A stretch of 64,000 bases of DNA from Granulicella sp. Lineage in GTDB: Bacteria > Acidobacteriota > Terriglobia > Terriglobales > Acidobacteriaceae. Made by a program: the position numbers and the translations under genes. Shown here one piece after another: positions 31,279 through 41,310 of the stretch; the stretch's first letter is position 1, and every line of letters begins with the position of its first letter. Location of the stretch: contig DAHWNL010000021.1 of NCBI GenBank assembly GCA_027339965.1, positions 34,047 to 98,046 on the forward strand. Direction: 5' to 3'. The notes beneath the pieces were generated by a model. The model was not told the DNA's origin. It made no database searches and saw only the letters and a list, made by a program, of their open reading frames with translations.

Positions 31279-31842
31279 TTACCTGCGATAGGCCGCGAGC
31301 ATGGCGTAGACCGCGACGCCGCTCACAGAGACGTAAAGCCAGATAGGGAAGGTCCAGCGAGCCAGCCTGCGGTGCGCCGGGAAGCGGCCGGTGAGCGAAA
31401 GGAAGAAGGTGATGAGAATCAGGGGAAGAGCGATGGTTGCCAGCAGGATGTGCGGCAGCAGCAAGACCCAGAGATAGATAAGCCGAGCGGCAGGGTGGGT
31501 GGCGGGGAAGAGCATGTCTCCATGCAGGATGTGGTTGGCAACGTAGGCGGCCAGAAAGGCGCTGGAGACGATGAAGGCTGCGAACATGCTGTTGCGGTGC
31601 GCCTGGGTCCGGCGGCTCCGGATGGAACGGAAGCCGTTGATTAGAAAGACGGCGCAGAGCGCGTTGAGCACGGCATCCAGTGCAGGAAGAAAGGCAAGGC
31701 GCGTCCCCGAGGCGTCAATGGGTGCGTGGTAGTACACCAGCCAGGCCAAGAACAGCGAGGCCAGAGCGCTGATGCCGATGATGGCGGCGATGATGGAAGG
31801 ATGGGTACGGTAGTCTGGATTTGGCGCGGTGAGTTCAGACAT
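31279..31842 (-). CDS. DUF420 (CtaM-like) oxidase-assembly membrane protein
   Basis: AHRNSM, HILL, HRRLARWTFPIWLYVSVSG. Confidence 0.85.
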   Translation of the reverse strand: MSELTAPNPDYRTHPSIIAAIIGISALASLFLAWLVYYHAPIDASGTRLAFLPALDAVLNALCAVFLINGFRSIRSRRTQAHRNSMFAAFIVSSAFLAAYVANHILHGDMLFPATHPAARLIYLWVLLLPHILLATIALPLILITFFLSLTGRFPAHRRLARWTFPIWLYVSVSGVAVYAMLAAYRR

Positions 31843-31883
31843 CGTGTTCCTTTCAGGTGGAAGATCTCATCGGGGAGGGAAGA

Positions 31884-32852
31884 TCAAAAGAGGAGACGGC
31901 CCCGAGCATCCAGGGTCATGGCCAGCAAGAGCAGGGGCAGGTAAATCACCGAGACGTGAAGCAATCTGCGGGCGAGGTTCCGGCTTTCCGGAGCGTCCGG
32001 GCAACGCATGATCCTGAGGAAGCGGATGGCTGCGGCGAGGTAGAAACCATCCAGAACAAGGGCTGCCGCGGCGTAGAGAATGCCGGTGACATGAAGCCAT
32101 GTGGGCCAGAGACTCGCAGGGACGATGAGCAAGGCGTAAAACACCGCCTGCAGGGCGGTGGATCGGGCAGCTTCAGAGGTGGGATGTTGGGTAGAGGCCA
32201 AGCGGACGCCGCCGTGGGCGTAATCTGCGCGGTAGAGCCAGCCGATGGCCATGAAGTGGGGAAACTGCCATAAAAAAAGGATGGAGAAGAGAGCCGCAGC
32301 GGGCCATTCCAAGACGCCGCGAGCGGCGGTCCAACCGATCAGCGGGGGCAGAGCGCCAGGAAAGGCCCCGATGAAGGTGTTGAGCGTGGTAATCCGCTTC
32401 AGAGGGGTATAAATGGCGATGTAGCCGACGGCCGTGAGCAGGGTCAGCAGTCCGGTGAGCGGATTGGTGGCCAGAGTGAGGTAGATCGTTCCGCCACAGA
32501 CGAGAACAAAGCCCACCAGCAGGCCATGGATCAGGCCGATGCGGTGCTGTGCCATGGGTCGATCGGCCGTGCGCGGCATGCGGCGGTCTGTGCTGCGCTC
32601 CACAGCCTGGTTGAGTGCGCTGGAGCCGGTGGTGACCAGGGCGATGCCGAACAGGGCTCTCCACAGGCTGAAATCGAAGGGAGAAATGCCCGAGGCCAAC
32701 GAGCCGAGGTAGAAGCCGGCGGCAGCAGTGATGATGACCATCAGCGAAACGCGCGGCTTGAAGAGCACTACGTAGTCTCCCAGCAGGGTGTGGCTGCCGG
32801 GCTGGGATCGCGGTTGGGAGGACGCTACGGTAGATGTGGCGGTGGTAGACAC
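31884..32852 (-). CDS. cyoE: Heme o synthase (protoheme IX farnesyltransferase)
   Basis: KPRV, NQ..E...DRRMPRT..RP, YTPLKR, PPLIGW, WQFPHF. Confidence 0.95.
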   Translation of the reverse strand: MSTTATSTVASSQPRSQPGSHTLLGDYVVLFKPRVSLMVIITAAAGFYLGSLASGISPFDFSLWRALFGIALVTTGSSALNQAVERSTDRRMPRTADRPMAQHRIGLIHGLLVGFVLVCGGTIYLTLATNPLTGLLTLLTAVGYIAIYTPLKRITTLNTFIGAFPGALPPLIGWTAARGVLEWPAAALFSILFLWQFPHFMAIGWLYRADYAHGGVRLASTQHPTSEAARSTALQAVFYALLIVPASLWPTWLHVTGILYAAAALVLDGFYLAAAIRFLRIMRCPDAPESRNLARRLLHVSVIYLPLLLLAMTLDARGRLLF

Positions 32853-33412
32853 GTCGAATCTTTAGGATAACGCGATTTGGGCCACCAGCCGGGCAACTGG
32901 TTCAAATGGCGGTAAGAAGCCAAGGGTGAGATTCAGGATTCGAGTCCGGAGCGGAGCTCGATCTCCGGCCTCAGGTTGCCCGGAGACGCCGCCTGAAGCA
33001 CGCTGCAACCAATTGAGGGGCATGGAGATCTGTCTGCCATCGTGGATCCGGCCCAAGCTCTTCTCGGGTGTGGCCTTTGCATCCGCCCAGGTGGCGCCTC
33101 CATCCCAGGATGGCTGCCCGCGCATGGCGAGGTGTTGATTGCAGTGCAATAGAGCCGAGGTTATACTGCGGTCATTGGCAGAGCTAGTGTCTCTCTCGCT
33201 TTGCCCGAGTGAGGTTCGTCTTCAGCGAAAGCATGAGGAGTATCCAACTCGGACGTGGGGGTCCGCCCGGTAGTTATAAGGGTGAGTCGGGGTGGCGCGC
33301 CATCACCCGCGTGCTTCGAAGTTCCCGGCTTCTCCAATGCCGGCGCCGGTTTCAAAGTTCTCCACCTTTCAGAGTCTGCGCCTTGGCTGCGGGGCGGGTA
33401 GCGGCCGACCTC

Positions 33413-34417
33413 ATGAATACTTTGATGCCATCGGACTGCAGGGTTTGCGGCGCTGCGATGGCCATTTTGAGCCCGGTTCGAGTCTGCGAGGCGTGCATCG
33501 AGCGGGTGGAGCCGCTGATAGAGGCCCAGCCGGGTGTTTTCTGCAGCCGGTGCGGCGATGCCATGGGTATGGAGTCCGCCCGTTTTGCCGGGGCGCTGGG
33601 TGTGAGCGAGTGCACGATGTGCAGGCTGGCTCCGCCACAGTTTGATCGTGCAGTTTCCTTTTCAAGCTATGACGGGGAGATGCGCAGGCTATTGCACCTG
33701 CTGAAGTTCGAGGGCATGCGCCGGGTTGCCACGCATCTGTTGGGAGATGGCTTGGCGAGGGCTGCGCAGGAGTTGCGCGGCGGTGTCCGAGGGGAGGGAA
33801 CAGTCGTCCAGTTCCAGCCGCTGCAGAGAGGACATGGCCGGGGCTCTCAGATCCTCCACCATGCAGCCGGAGACGAGGCCGGTTTCGGGGCTACTTCCAG
33901 TTCACCCAGTGGGGGCGCTGGGGACCCGATGCTGGTTGTTCCGGTTCCGCTGTTTGCCGCTCGAGAGAAGAAACGCGGATACAACCAGGCGAAGTTGCTG
34001 GCCGAGGCGATGACGGCCTCCCTGCGCCGGCGCGAGCCGAGGTGGGAGCTTCAACCGTGCTCCGGGGCGTTGCGGCGGGTAAAGGATACGCCGGTGCTCT
34101 ATGCGTTGAATCCCCGGCAACGGAGGACGAGTCTGCGCGGGGCCTTTACGGTCTCTGATGTGGAAGCGGTGAAGGGGCGGGAGGTGTTGCTCGTCGATGA
34201 CATCATGACCACCGGAGCCACGGCGCGAGAGTGCGCGCGGGTGTTGAAGCTGGCGGGCGCGACCAGGGTCTGGGTGGTGACGGCTGCGCGGGCCCTGCCG
34301 GACCTGGGGTACGGCACGAAACAGCCGGATGCTTTGCCCCAGGGGCTGCGCGGCGTCGCCCTGTGGGATTCTTTTTCGACGACAGCCTCCGAGAGCGGGA
34401 GGCAGACGAGTTTGTAG
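33413..34417 (+). CDS. comF: ComF family protein (double zinc ribbon + PRTase-like domain)
   Basis: Four CxxC pairs, VPVPL, RGYNQ, LLVDDIMTTGAT. Confidence 0.88.
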   Translation: MNTLMPSDCRVCGAAMAILSPVRVCEACIERVEPLIEAQPGVFCSRCGDAMGMESARFAGALGVSECTMCRLAPPQFDRAVSFSSYDGEMRRLLHLLKFEGMRRVATHLLGDGLARAAQELRGGVRGEGTVVQFQPLQRGHGRGSQILHHAAGDEAGFGATSSSPSGGAGDPMLVVPVPLFAAREKKRGYNQAKLLAEAMTASLRRREPRWELQPCSGALRRVKDTPVLYALNPRQRRTSLRGAFTVSDVEAVKGREVLLVDDIMTTGATARECARVLKLAGATRVWVVTAARALPDLGYGTKQPDALPQGLRGVALWDSFSTTASESGRQTSL

Positions 34418-34466
34418 CGGTTGTCGCCGCTGGACAACCATCAACGAAAGGCACGGGAGGACAGGC

Positions 34467-35129
34467 ATGCAGGCTGGTAACTCTGGTGGGAAGTGCAAAA
34501 AGCGGCCGGGAGACCGGCGCCACAAGACGCATCCGGTGGAGGGAACAGCGCGGGCCGAGGCTATCGACATACGGATGGGTGTGTTCCGGCAGCCGGCGAT
34601 GCAGACTCCTGTGCTGGTTTTGAATGCGAGCTATGAGCCGATCAATATCTGCGGGGCACGGCGGGCGCTGGTGCTGGTTCTGAAGGGAGTGGCGCGGACC
34701 GAGGAGGAGCAGGGAACGGTGCTGCACGCACACCGGATGATCCTGCAGATGCCGAGCGTGATCCGCCTGCTGGAGTACCGGAGGATTCCGCACCAGACCC
34801 GGGCCCTGAGCCGGAAGAATATTCTGCTGCGTGACCGGAACACCTGTCAGTATTGCCAGAGGGTGCTGACGGCTGCGGATCTGACTCTGGACCATGTGGT
34901 GCCGCGCTGCCGTGGGGGGCAGTCAACCTGGGAGAATCTGGTGGCTTGTTGCCGGGATTGCAACCGGCGCAAGGGCAGCCAGATGCTGCATGAGCTGACG
35001 GATATGAGGCTTCTGCGTGAACCACGGCCGTTTACGCTGCATACCTCGCGGCACATCATGCGGATGATCGGAAGCGCGGATGCCAACTGGAGGAAGTATC
35101 TTTACTTCGAGTCCGAGCCCGCGGCCTAG
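34467..35129 (+). CDS. HNH endonuclease (McrA-like standalone family)
   Basis: VLVLNASYEP, PSVIRL, RDRNTCQYC, TLDHVVP, WENLVACC..CN..KG. Confidence 0.92.
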   Translation: MQAGNSGGKCKKRPGDRRHKTHPVEGTARAEAIDIRMGVFRQPAMQTPVLVLNASYEPINICGARRALVLVLKGVARTEEEQGTVLHAHRMILQMPSVIRLLEYRRIPHQTRALSRKNILLRDRNTCQYCQRVLTAADLTLDHVVPRCRGGQSTWENLVACCRDCNRRKGSQMLHELTDMRLLREPRPFTLHTSRHIMRMIGSADANWRKYLYFESEPAA

Positions 35130-35156
35130 CATCGGCGGCGTGGATGGGCCTTCCGA

Positions 35157-35267
35157 AAGCCTTTTCAGTGCAGGTGTACCCAATGCCTCGACTCCTATGG
35201 GCGTTTTCCCCAATGAAAACGCCACCGTAAGCCCTCTTCGGGACACCCATCAACACTGAAAATGCTA
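35157..35267 (-). repeat. ~110-bp MITE/REP-like element, copy 2
   Basis: Reverse complement TAGCATTTTCAGTGTTGATGGGTG...GGCGTTTTCATTGGGGAAAACGCC...TACACCTGCACTGAAAAG aligns end to end with copy 1. Confidence 0.85.
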
Positions 35268-35400
35268 TAAGTGGGCTGGCCGCACAGCTTTGAGCCCATC
35301 GCCGGTCGGCAAGCCGGTTTGGGACGCGCTCGATTGGGCAAAGCGAACATGCATGTCGAGAGATCGGATTGAAGCGGAGTGGCAAAAGCCTCCCAAAGTT

Positions 35401-36291
35401 TTAGCGGAGAAGATCCTCGAGTGTCGCGGAGAGGTCTGTCTTGTCGTCTCGATACTTGACGATGATGGGCGTGTAGACCGAAAGCCCCAGGTCCTTGCCG
35501 GGACCTTTCCGGATGGCTCGCGCGCCGGCCACCACCACGGCGCCGGAGGGGATGATGAGCGGCATGCTTTCTGTGGCCTTGTAGACCGCGTTCCTGGGGA
35601 TGTCGTAGACCGGGGTACCGCGGGTGAGGATGACGCCGGAGGCCAGGACGGCCCGCGAACGCACCACTGTGCCCTCATAGATGCCGGTGTTGCCCCCCGC
35701 CAGAACGTCGTCTTCGATGATTACGGGAGACGCGTTGACGGGTTCGAGGACGCCGCCGATCTGCGCCGACGCCGACAAGTGGACGCGTTTGCCGATCTGA
35801 GCACAGGACCCGACCAGAGCGTGGGAGTCAATCATCGTTTCCTCGTCAACGAAGGCTCCGACATTGACGTAGGCCGGAGGCATGATGACCACTCCCGGGG
35901 CCAGATGGGCTCCAGAACGGACCGAACTGCCGCCGGGTACGATGCGGATGTTGTCCCCAGGAGTGAAGCGGCGGGCTGGGTAGGTGGACTTGTCGACGAA
36001 GGTCAGGGGAAAACGCCCGCCGGACGGTTCGCTCATCTGGGTGAGGACGCCCAGTCGAAAGCCGAGCAGGATGCCGCGCTTGACCCAGGTGTTGACGCGG
36101 TAGCCGGTTGGGGAGGATGGATCTGGCTCGGCTGAGCGGATCCGGCCCGCCTCCAGCGCGGAACGAAATCGGTGAAAGGTCGCCAGAGCTTCCTGGTTGC
36201 CGACGGCGGCCTGGCCGAGCGCGAAGAACTGTTCAATCAGGGGTTCGAGAGCGTCTCTCTCGGAGGTAGATCGGATAGCTTTCATGGACAC
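35401..36291 (-). CDS. dapD: Tetrahydrodipicolinate N-succinyltransferase
   Basis: VNTWVKRGILLGF, RIVPGG, VNVGAFVD, GGVLEP, hexapeptide repeats. Confidence 0.95.
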   Translation of the reverse strand: MSMKAIRSTSERDALEPLIEQFFALGQAAVGNQEALATFHRFRSALEAGRIRSAEPDPSSPTGYRVNTWVKRGILLGFRLGVLTQMSEPSGGRFPLTFVDKSTYPARRFTPGDNIRIVPGGSSVRSGAHLAPGVVIMPPAYVNVGAFVDEETMIDSHALVGSCAQIGKRVHLSASAQIGGVLEPVNASPVIIEDDVLAGGNTGIYEGTVVRSRAVLASGVILTRGTPVYDIPRNAVYKATESMPLIIPSGAVVVAGARAIRKGPGKDLGLSVYTPIIVKYRDDKTDLSATLEDLLR

Positions 36292-36345
36292 TTCGATTGT
36301 AGCCGGGCCGGTGGTGAAAGGGTGACCTCTGCTAAACCGCTGTAG

Positions 36346-37239
36346 CTACGCGGACCGAGGCAGCAGACCAAGTTCCTGCAGGAGCGCCTTGAGTTTCGCG
36401 CGAGAGGCCTCTGTCACGGGCACCATCGGCAGGCGGAGGGTCTCGCTACAGCGGCCGAGCATGGCCATGACCGCTTTGATAGGCGCAGGGCTGGGTTCAC
36501 AGAAGTGCGCTTGCATCAGGGCGAAGTGCCGCGCGCTAAGTTGACGGGCCGTTTCCCAGTCGTTGCCGAGCGCGGCGGCGATCATCTGCGAGATTGGGCC
36601 GGGGATGGCGTTGGAGGCCACCGAGACCAGACCTTCGCCGCCCAGGGCGAGCACGGGCAAAGCCATGGCGTCATCGCCGGCCAGCACGGAGAAGCTGGAG
36701 GGTGCGTGAACAAGGATCTCCGTGATCTGCCCGATCTGCCCGCTGGACTCCTTGATGCCAACGATGTTGGGGAACTCGGCTAGGCGGAGCACAGTCTCAG
36801 GCAGCAGGTTGGTCGCGGTGCGGCCTGGAATGTTGTAGAGCAGGATGGGTAGGTTGACCGCTTCGGCTATGGCCCGGAAGTGCTGGAACTGACCCTCCTG
36901 GTTGGGCCGGTTGTAGTAAGGATTGGCGGAGAGCAGGCCGCTGAGGCCGGGGATGCGGGCCAGGCGCTGCGCGTTCCGCACCGCCTGGGCAGTGGAGTTG
37001 TGCGTGCAGCCGGCGAAGACCGGGACCCGGCCGGCAGCAGCGGCGATGGTTAGCTCGATCACTCGCTCGGTCTCCTGCTCGCTGAGCGTGGACGCCTCTC
37101 CGGTGGTTCCGCAAGGGATGAGGATGGAGACGCCGTGCTCGACCTGGGACTGGACGAGCAGATGGAGAGCCGGTTCGTCCAATGCGCCGTCGGGGCGAAA
37201 GGGGGTAATCAGAGCGGTGCCACAGCCTTGGAGTTTCAT
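36346..37239 (-). CDS. dapA: 4-hydroxy-tetrahydrodipicolinate synthase
   Basis: TALITPF, GTTGE, PYYNRP, LYNIPGRT, GIKESSG. Confidence 0.96.
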   Translation of the reverse strand: MKLQGCGTALITPFRPDGALDEPALHLLVQSQVEHGVSILIPCGTTGEASTLSEQETERVIELTIAAAAGRVPVFAGCTHNSTAQAVRNAQRLARIPGLSGLLSANPYYNRPNQEGQFQHFRAIAEAVNLPILLYNIPGRTATNLLPETVLRLAEFPNIVGIKESSGQIGQITEILVHAPSSFSVLAGDDAMALPVLALGGEGLVSVASNAIPGPISQMIAAALGNDWETARQLSARHFALMQAHFCEPSPAPIKAVMAMLGRCSETLRLPMVPVTEASRAKLKALLQELGLLPRSA

Positions 37240-37257
37240 CTCGGTGAAAGTTTAACG

Positions 37258-37889
37258 CTAATCGTTGTGGGAGTGTTCGCCGGCAGGGGTGATTTGAGTC
37301 TGTTCGGCAATGGTTCGAGGAGGAATGAGCCAAAGCAGGGCAACCATGGCGATCATACTCAGGGCGAGAGTGGGCCCAATGTTGGGAGCAAAGTTCGGCA
37401 CCAGAAAAGCGGCCGGAATGGCACCGAGGTAAAGCGCGCTGGAGATTGCCTGTTTGCTGAAGCTCGAGGCGAAGGCCTGCCGCGTACGGCGGCGAATCAT
37501 AGTGGAAAGGACAGACCAGGCTATGGCCGGAAGGCGCAGGTGAGGGCGTAGAGAGCGATGGAAAAGGATGACACGCCACGCACTCCCACCCAGCGCGTGG
37601 CAAAAGGAATCAAGGACAGGAAGAAGAGCAGGCCCAGGTTGGACCACAGGATGGCATGGGCGACGTGCTCCAGTTTGTCGGTCAGGTAATGGTGATTGAC
37701 CCAGTAGATTCCGGTTTGGACGAAGCTGAGCAGATAGACGATGAGCGAGGGAAGAATCTGGCGCAGGCCGTCCAGATCAGAGATAGGCTTGGATGGAACC
37801 CGGAGTTCCAGCACCATGATGGTAATGATGACGGCGATCACTCCGTCGGAGAAGGCCTCAAGGCGATGAGGGGAGAGTGGCTGGGGCAT
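37258..37889 (-). pseudogene. TMEM175-family K+ channel with an apparent 1-bp frameshift near 37530
   Basis: RLEAFSDGVIAVIITIMVLEL, YWVNHH; the hydrophobic C-terminus continues in another frame (LPAIAWSVLS...). Confidence 0.8.
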
Positions 37890-37999
37890 GTTCGGATCAA
37901 CCGCGATCTGACCGCCGATCGAAGGCGCTTTTACGAGGAGCCTGTCCGCCGGCATGGGTAACGCTGCCAGGCTCCCCCAGGTTTTGCAGATGCACCAGG

Positions 38000-38785
38000 C
38001 TACTGGGCCGCCGGCGTGAGGCTGAAGTTCTTGCGAACGTAGTTGAGTTGAAGCTGGCCCAGATCGGCCTCCATGAGGTTGCCGTTGCTATCCAGGTAAA
38101 CCTCTCCTGTTGGATTGGTGTGGAAGCGCAAGATGAAACTCTTGAGAGTGACGGGCTTGCCGTCGAGTGTACCCGTGCGATCCGCGTCGGGCCGGATATT
38201 GACCAGCAGGAACCGGTTCTGCGGATTAATGGCGTCTCCAGGGATGAGCAGCAGATACACTGCGTTCAGATCGGGATGGGCCTGGGATGCGTTCATAAGG
38301 ATCTGGATGGCGGAGGGGTCGCCATCGGCAGCCATGAAGAAGTCCGGCTTGGGCAATGGGGCGGTGGTCGGGGTGCCCAGGCTGCCGGCCTGAATGGTGG
38401 AAACCTCAATCGTGGTGCGTTGTTTGTTGGGTTGCCATGTATAGGTCTTTTGTGTGATCTGGTCCTGAATGGAGCCGGACAGGAAGTTGCCGCTGCTGTC
38501 TACTTTGTAGGAGATGTCGTACTGGCCCTGCTGCTTGGAGCCGGCGTTGCCATCTCTCTTGGTCTTCGCGCCGTCGGGGGGGGCGGTGGAGGTGATGTAG
38601 TACTCGAAGCGACCTTCAATCTTGTAGCCTTTTTTGGATTGTTCGAGCGAGTAGGAAGCCCTGCCGACGTTCTTGCCGTTGGCGGCGTCAACCAGATTGA
38701 AATTGTTGGCTTGATTCTTGGAGGCGAGTGCCGGCAGCGAGAAAGACGCCAGGGCGAGGAAGACAAAGGTAGTACGAAGATTCAT
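38000..38785 (-). CDS. Secreted hypothetical protein
   Basis: Signal peptide MNLRTTFVFLALASFSLPALA; coding-like codon usage. Confidence 0.7.
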   Translation of the reverse strand: MNLRTTFVFLALASFSLPALASKNQANNFNLVDAANGKNVGRASYSLEQSKKGYKIEGRFEYYITSTAPPDGAKTKRDGNAGSKQQGQYDISYKVDSSGNFLSGSIQDQITQKTYTWQPNKQRTTIEVSTIQAGSLGTPTTAPLPKPDFFMAADGDPSAIQILMNASQAHPDLNAVYLLLIPGDAINPQNRFLLVNIRPDADRTGTLDGKPVTLKSFILRFHTNPTGEVYLDSNGNLMEADLGQLQLNYVRKNFSLTPAAQ

Positions 38786-38895
38786 CGGAGTATCCTTGGA
38801 TAAGAGGCTGATGTTTCGACCCAGATGCCATGCTGCGGGCCAAGTTGGAGCTTCATGCGATGGAGATGTTCGAACTTCATCGATGGATGGACCGG

Positions 38896-40575
38896 TCATG
38901 CGATAGCGGCGGCGACAAGATCTCTGGCTTCACTCTGTATGCGTTTTAGGTGGGCCTCGTCCTGAAAGCTTTCCGCATAGATCTTATATACCTCTTCGGT
39001 GCCGCTGGGGCGGGCAGCGAACCAACCGTCTGCGGTGGAGACCTTCAGACCACCGATGGGCGCATGGTTGCCGGGAGCCTCCGTGATGATTGCCGTGATG
39101 GTCTGGCCGGCCATCTCCTTGGCTGTCACCTGAGCGGGAGAAAGTTGCGCCAGCTTGGCTTTCTGTTCTCTGGTTGCGTCGGCATCGATGCGCTGGTAGA
39201 CCGGATTTCCGTACCTGGCCGTTAGCTCATTGTAGATCTGGCCGGGATCCTTGCCGGTGATGGCAGTCATCTCAGCAGCGAGCAAGCCCAGAATGAGGCC
39301 ATCCTTGTCGGTGGTCCAGACCTTGCCGTTGCGGCGGAGGAAGGTTGCGCCGGCCGACTCTTCGCCGACAAAGCCAAGCTCCCCGTCCATCAGTCCCGGG
39401 ACGAACCATTTGAAGCCAACCGGTACTTCGAGCATAGAGCGGCCAAGGCCCTTGGCGACTCGGTCGATCATGCTGGAGGAGACTAAAGTCTTTCCGATGC
39501 CCGCCTTGGGTGACCACTCTGCGCGATGAGTGAAGAGGTATTGAATGCAGACAGCCAGGTAGTGGTTGGGGTTGAGCAGGCCGGAGCTGCGGGTGACGAT
39601 GCCGTGACGATCATGGTCCGTATCGCAGGCCCAGGCCACGTCGAACTGATCCTTCTTCGCGATCAAACTAGCCATGGCGAAGGGGCTGGAACAGTCCATG
39701 CGGATGCGTGAGTCCCAATCCAACGTCATGAAGCGGAAGGTGGGATCGACGTAGGGGTTCAGAATCTCGAGGGGTAGTTGGTAGAACTCGGCGATGCGAG
39801 GCCAGTAGGCGACCCCGGCGCCACCCAGAGGATCGACGCCCAGTTTGAGTCCAGAGTTACGGATGGCATCGATGTCGATGATGTTGACCAGATCCTGGAC
39901 GTAGGCGGTGATGTAATCACGGCGGTGGGTTGTGGAGGCGGCCAGGGCCTTGGAAAAAGCAAGGCGTTTGACGCCCTGAAGCTTGTTGGTGAGGAGTTCG
40001 TTGGCCCGGTTCTCGATCCACTTGGTGGCAGAGGTGTCGGCGGGTCCGCCGTTGGGAGGGTTGTACTTGAAACCGCCGTCCTGGGGAGGGTTGTGGCTGG
40101 GTGTGATGACGATCCCGTCGGCGGACGCGTTCGCATGAGAGGCGTTGTAATCCAGAATGGCGTGAGAGAGAACAGGAGTGGGGGTATAACCCCCGGCCTG
40201 CTCCTGGCTTTCGCGGGCGCTATCAATCACCACATCAACACCGTTGGCGGAGAGCACCTCCAGGGCCGTGGCGAAGGCAGGCTCGGAGAGAGCGTGAGTG
40301 TCTTGAGCGAGAAAGAGCGGGCCGGTAGTCTTTTGCGTGGCTCGGTACTCGACGATCGCCTGGGTGATGGCCAGGATGTGGGCGCAGTTGAAGCTGGAGT
40401 TGAGAGAGGAGCCCCGATGCCCGCTGGTGCCGAAGCTTACCTTCTGGCTGGCAACGCCGGGATCGGGGTGATTGGCGTAGAAGGCTGTCACCAGGCGAGG
40501 AAGGTCAGCCAGGCGGTCGGGTGAGGAGCGATGTCCAGGGGTGTTGGCGAGCGGGTCAGTGAAGGTGGTCTGCAT
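38896..40575 (-). CDS. pgm: Phosphoglucomutase (alpha-D-glucose-1,6-bisphosphate-dependent)
   Basis: FGTSGHRG, ITPSHNPP, DTDHDRH, GEESAG, RPSGTE. Confidence 0.96.
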   Translation of the reverse strand: MQTTFTDPLANTPGHRSSPDRLADLPRLVTAFYANHPDPGVASQKVSFGTSGHRGSSLNSSFNCAHILAITQAIVEYRATQKTTGPLFLAQDTHALSEPAFATALEVLSANGVDVVIDSARESQEQAGGYTPTPVLSHAILDYNASHANASADGIVITPSHNPPQDGGFKYNPPNGGPADTSATKWIENRANELLTNKLQGVKRLAFSKALAASTTHRRDYITAYVQDLVNIIDIDAIRNSGLKLGVDPLGGAGVAYWPRIAEFYQLPLEILNPYVDPTFRFMTLDWDSRIRMDCSSPFAMASLIAKKDQFDVAWACDTDHDRHGIVTRSSGLLNPNHYLAVCIQYLFTHRAEWSPKAGIGKTLVSSSMIDRVAKGLGRSMLEVPVGFKWFVPGLMDGELGFVGEESAGATFLRRNGKVWTTDKDGLILGLLAAEMTAITGKDPGQIYNELTARYGNPVYQRIDADATREQKAKLAQLSPAQVTAKEMAGQTITAIITEAPGNHAPIGGLKVSTADGWFAARPSGTEEVYKIYAESFQDEAHLKRIQSEARDLVAAAIA

Positions 40576-40683
40576 GGTTGCAAGCATAAAGCTAGCCGAG
40601 ATGAGGGATGGGCAATCGATGCAGCAGGGTTGCCTGCTCAGGAGAGCAACGAGGAGTTTCTGAGGCTTTTCCCATCGCGCTGA

Positions 40684-41187
40684 GTGTGCCGGTATGCTGG
40701 TGATGTGGCCAACCTCTGGCAGCGATGGATCGTGAATCCGGTGATGGGCCTGCTTCGGACGGGTGCGGATCCGGAGAAGCTGGCGTGGTCCCTGGCGCTG
40801 GGTGTGGCCGTTGGCGTGAACCCTCTGCTGGGCTCCACAACTGTGTTGAATTTGGGTCTGGCGGCGCTGCTGCGGCTGAACATTGTGGCATCCCAGGTAG
40901 GCAATCACGCGGTTTATCCGCTGGAATTGCTTCTGTTTCCGATCTTCATCAAAGCAGGGTCGCTGATCTTTGGCACGCCCCGGTTGCCTCTGGAGGGGCA
41001 TGCGCTCTGGGAGGCCGTGCGGAGCCACCCATGGGAGACCACGCGAATGCTGTGGTACTGGGAGTGGCACGCGCTGGTGGTCTGGGCGGCGTTTGCCGCT
41101 GTGGCCGTGCCGGTGATCGCGCTCAGCAGCGAACCGATGCTGCGCAGGATGGCGGCGCGCGCAAAGGAACAGGCATCCGCGAGTTGA
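40684..41187 (+). CDS. DUF2062-family membrane protein
   Basis: PEKLAWSLALG...P.LG.TT, RLN; start uncertain. Confidence 0.7.
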   Translation: MCRYAGDVANLWQRWIVNPVMGLLRTGADPEKLAWSLALGVAVGVNPLLGSTTVLNLGLAALLRLNIVASQVGNHAVYPLELLLFPIFIKAGSLIFGTPRLPLEGHALWEAVRSHPWETTRMLWYWEWHALVVWAAFAAVAVPVIALSSEPMLRRMAARAKEQASAS

Positions 41188-41310
41188 TTCGGTGCGCCGG
41201 CCCTGTCAAACCATCTTCCGCTGCGGGCAGGGAAGCCGGTCGGCGGCGGTGATTCGCTTCGATAGGTTGGTCTTTGGCCCCACGCAACCTGATCCAGAGA
41301 GAACATGCTT

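Noticed and set aside
34467..35267. HNH gene followed by a structured repeat as an IscB/HEARO-like RNA-guided system
   Set aside because: The protein is a small McrA-like HNH with no RuvC or PLMP motifs, and the same repeat occurs after uppS, so it is not specific to this gene.
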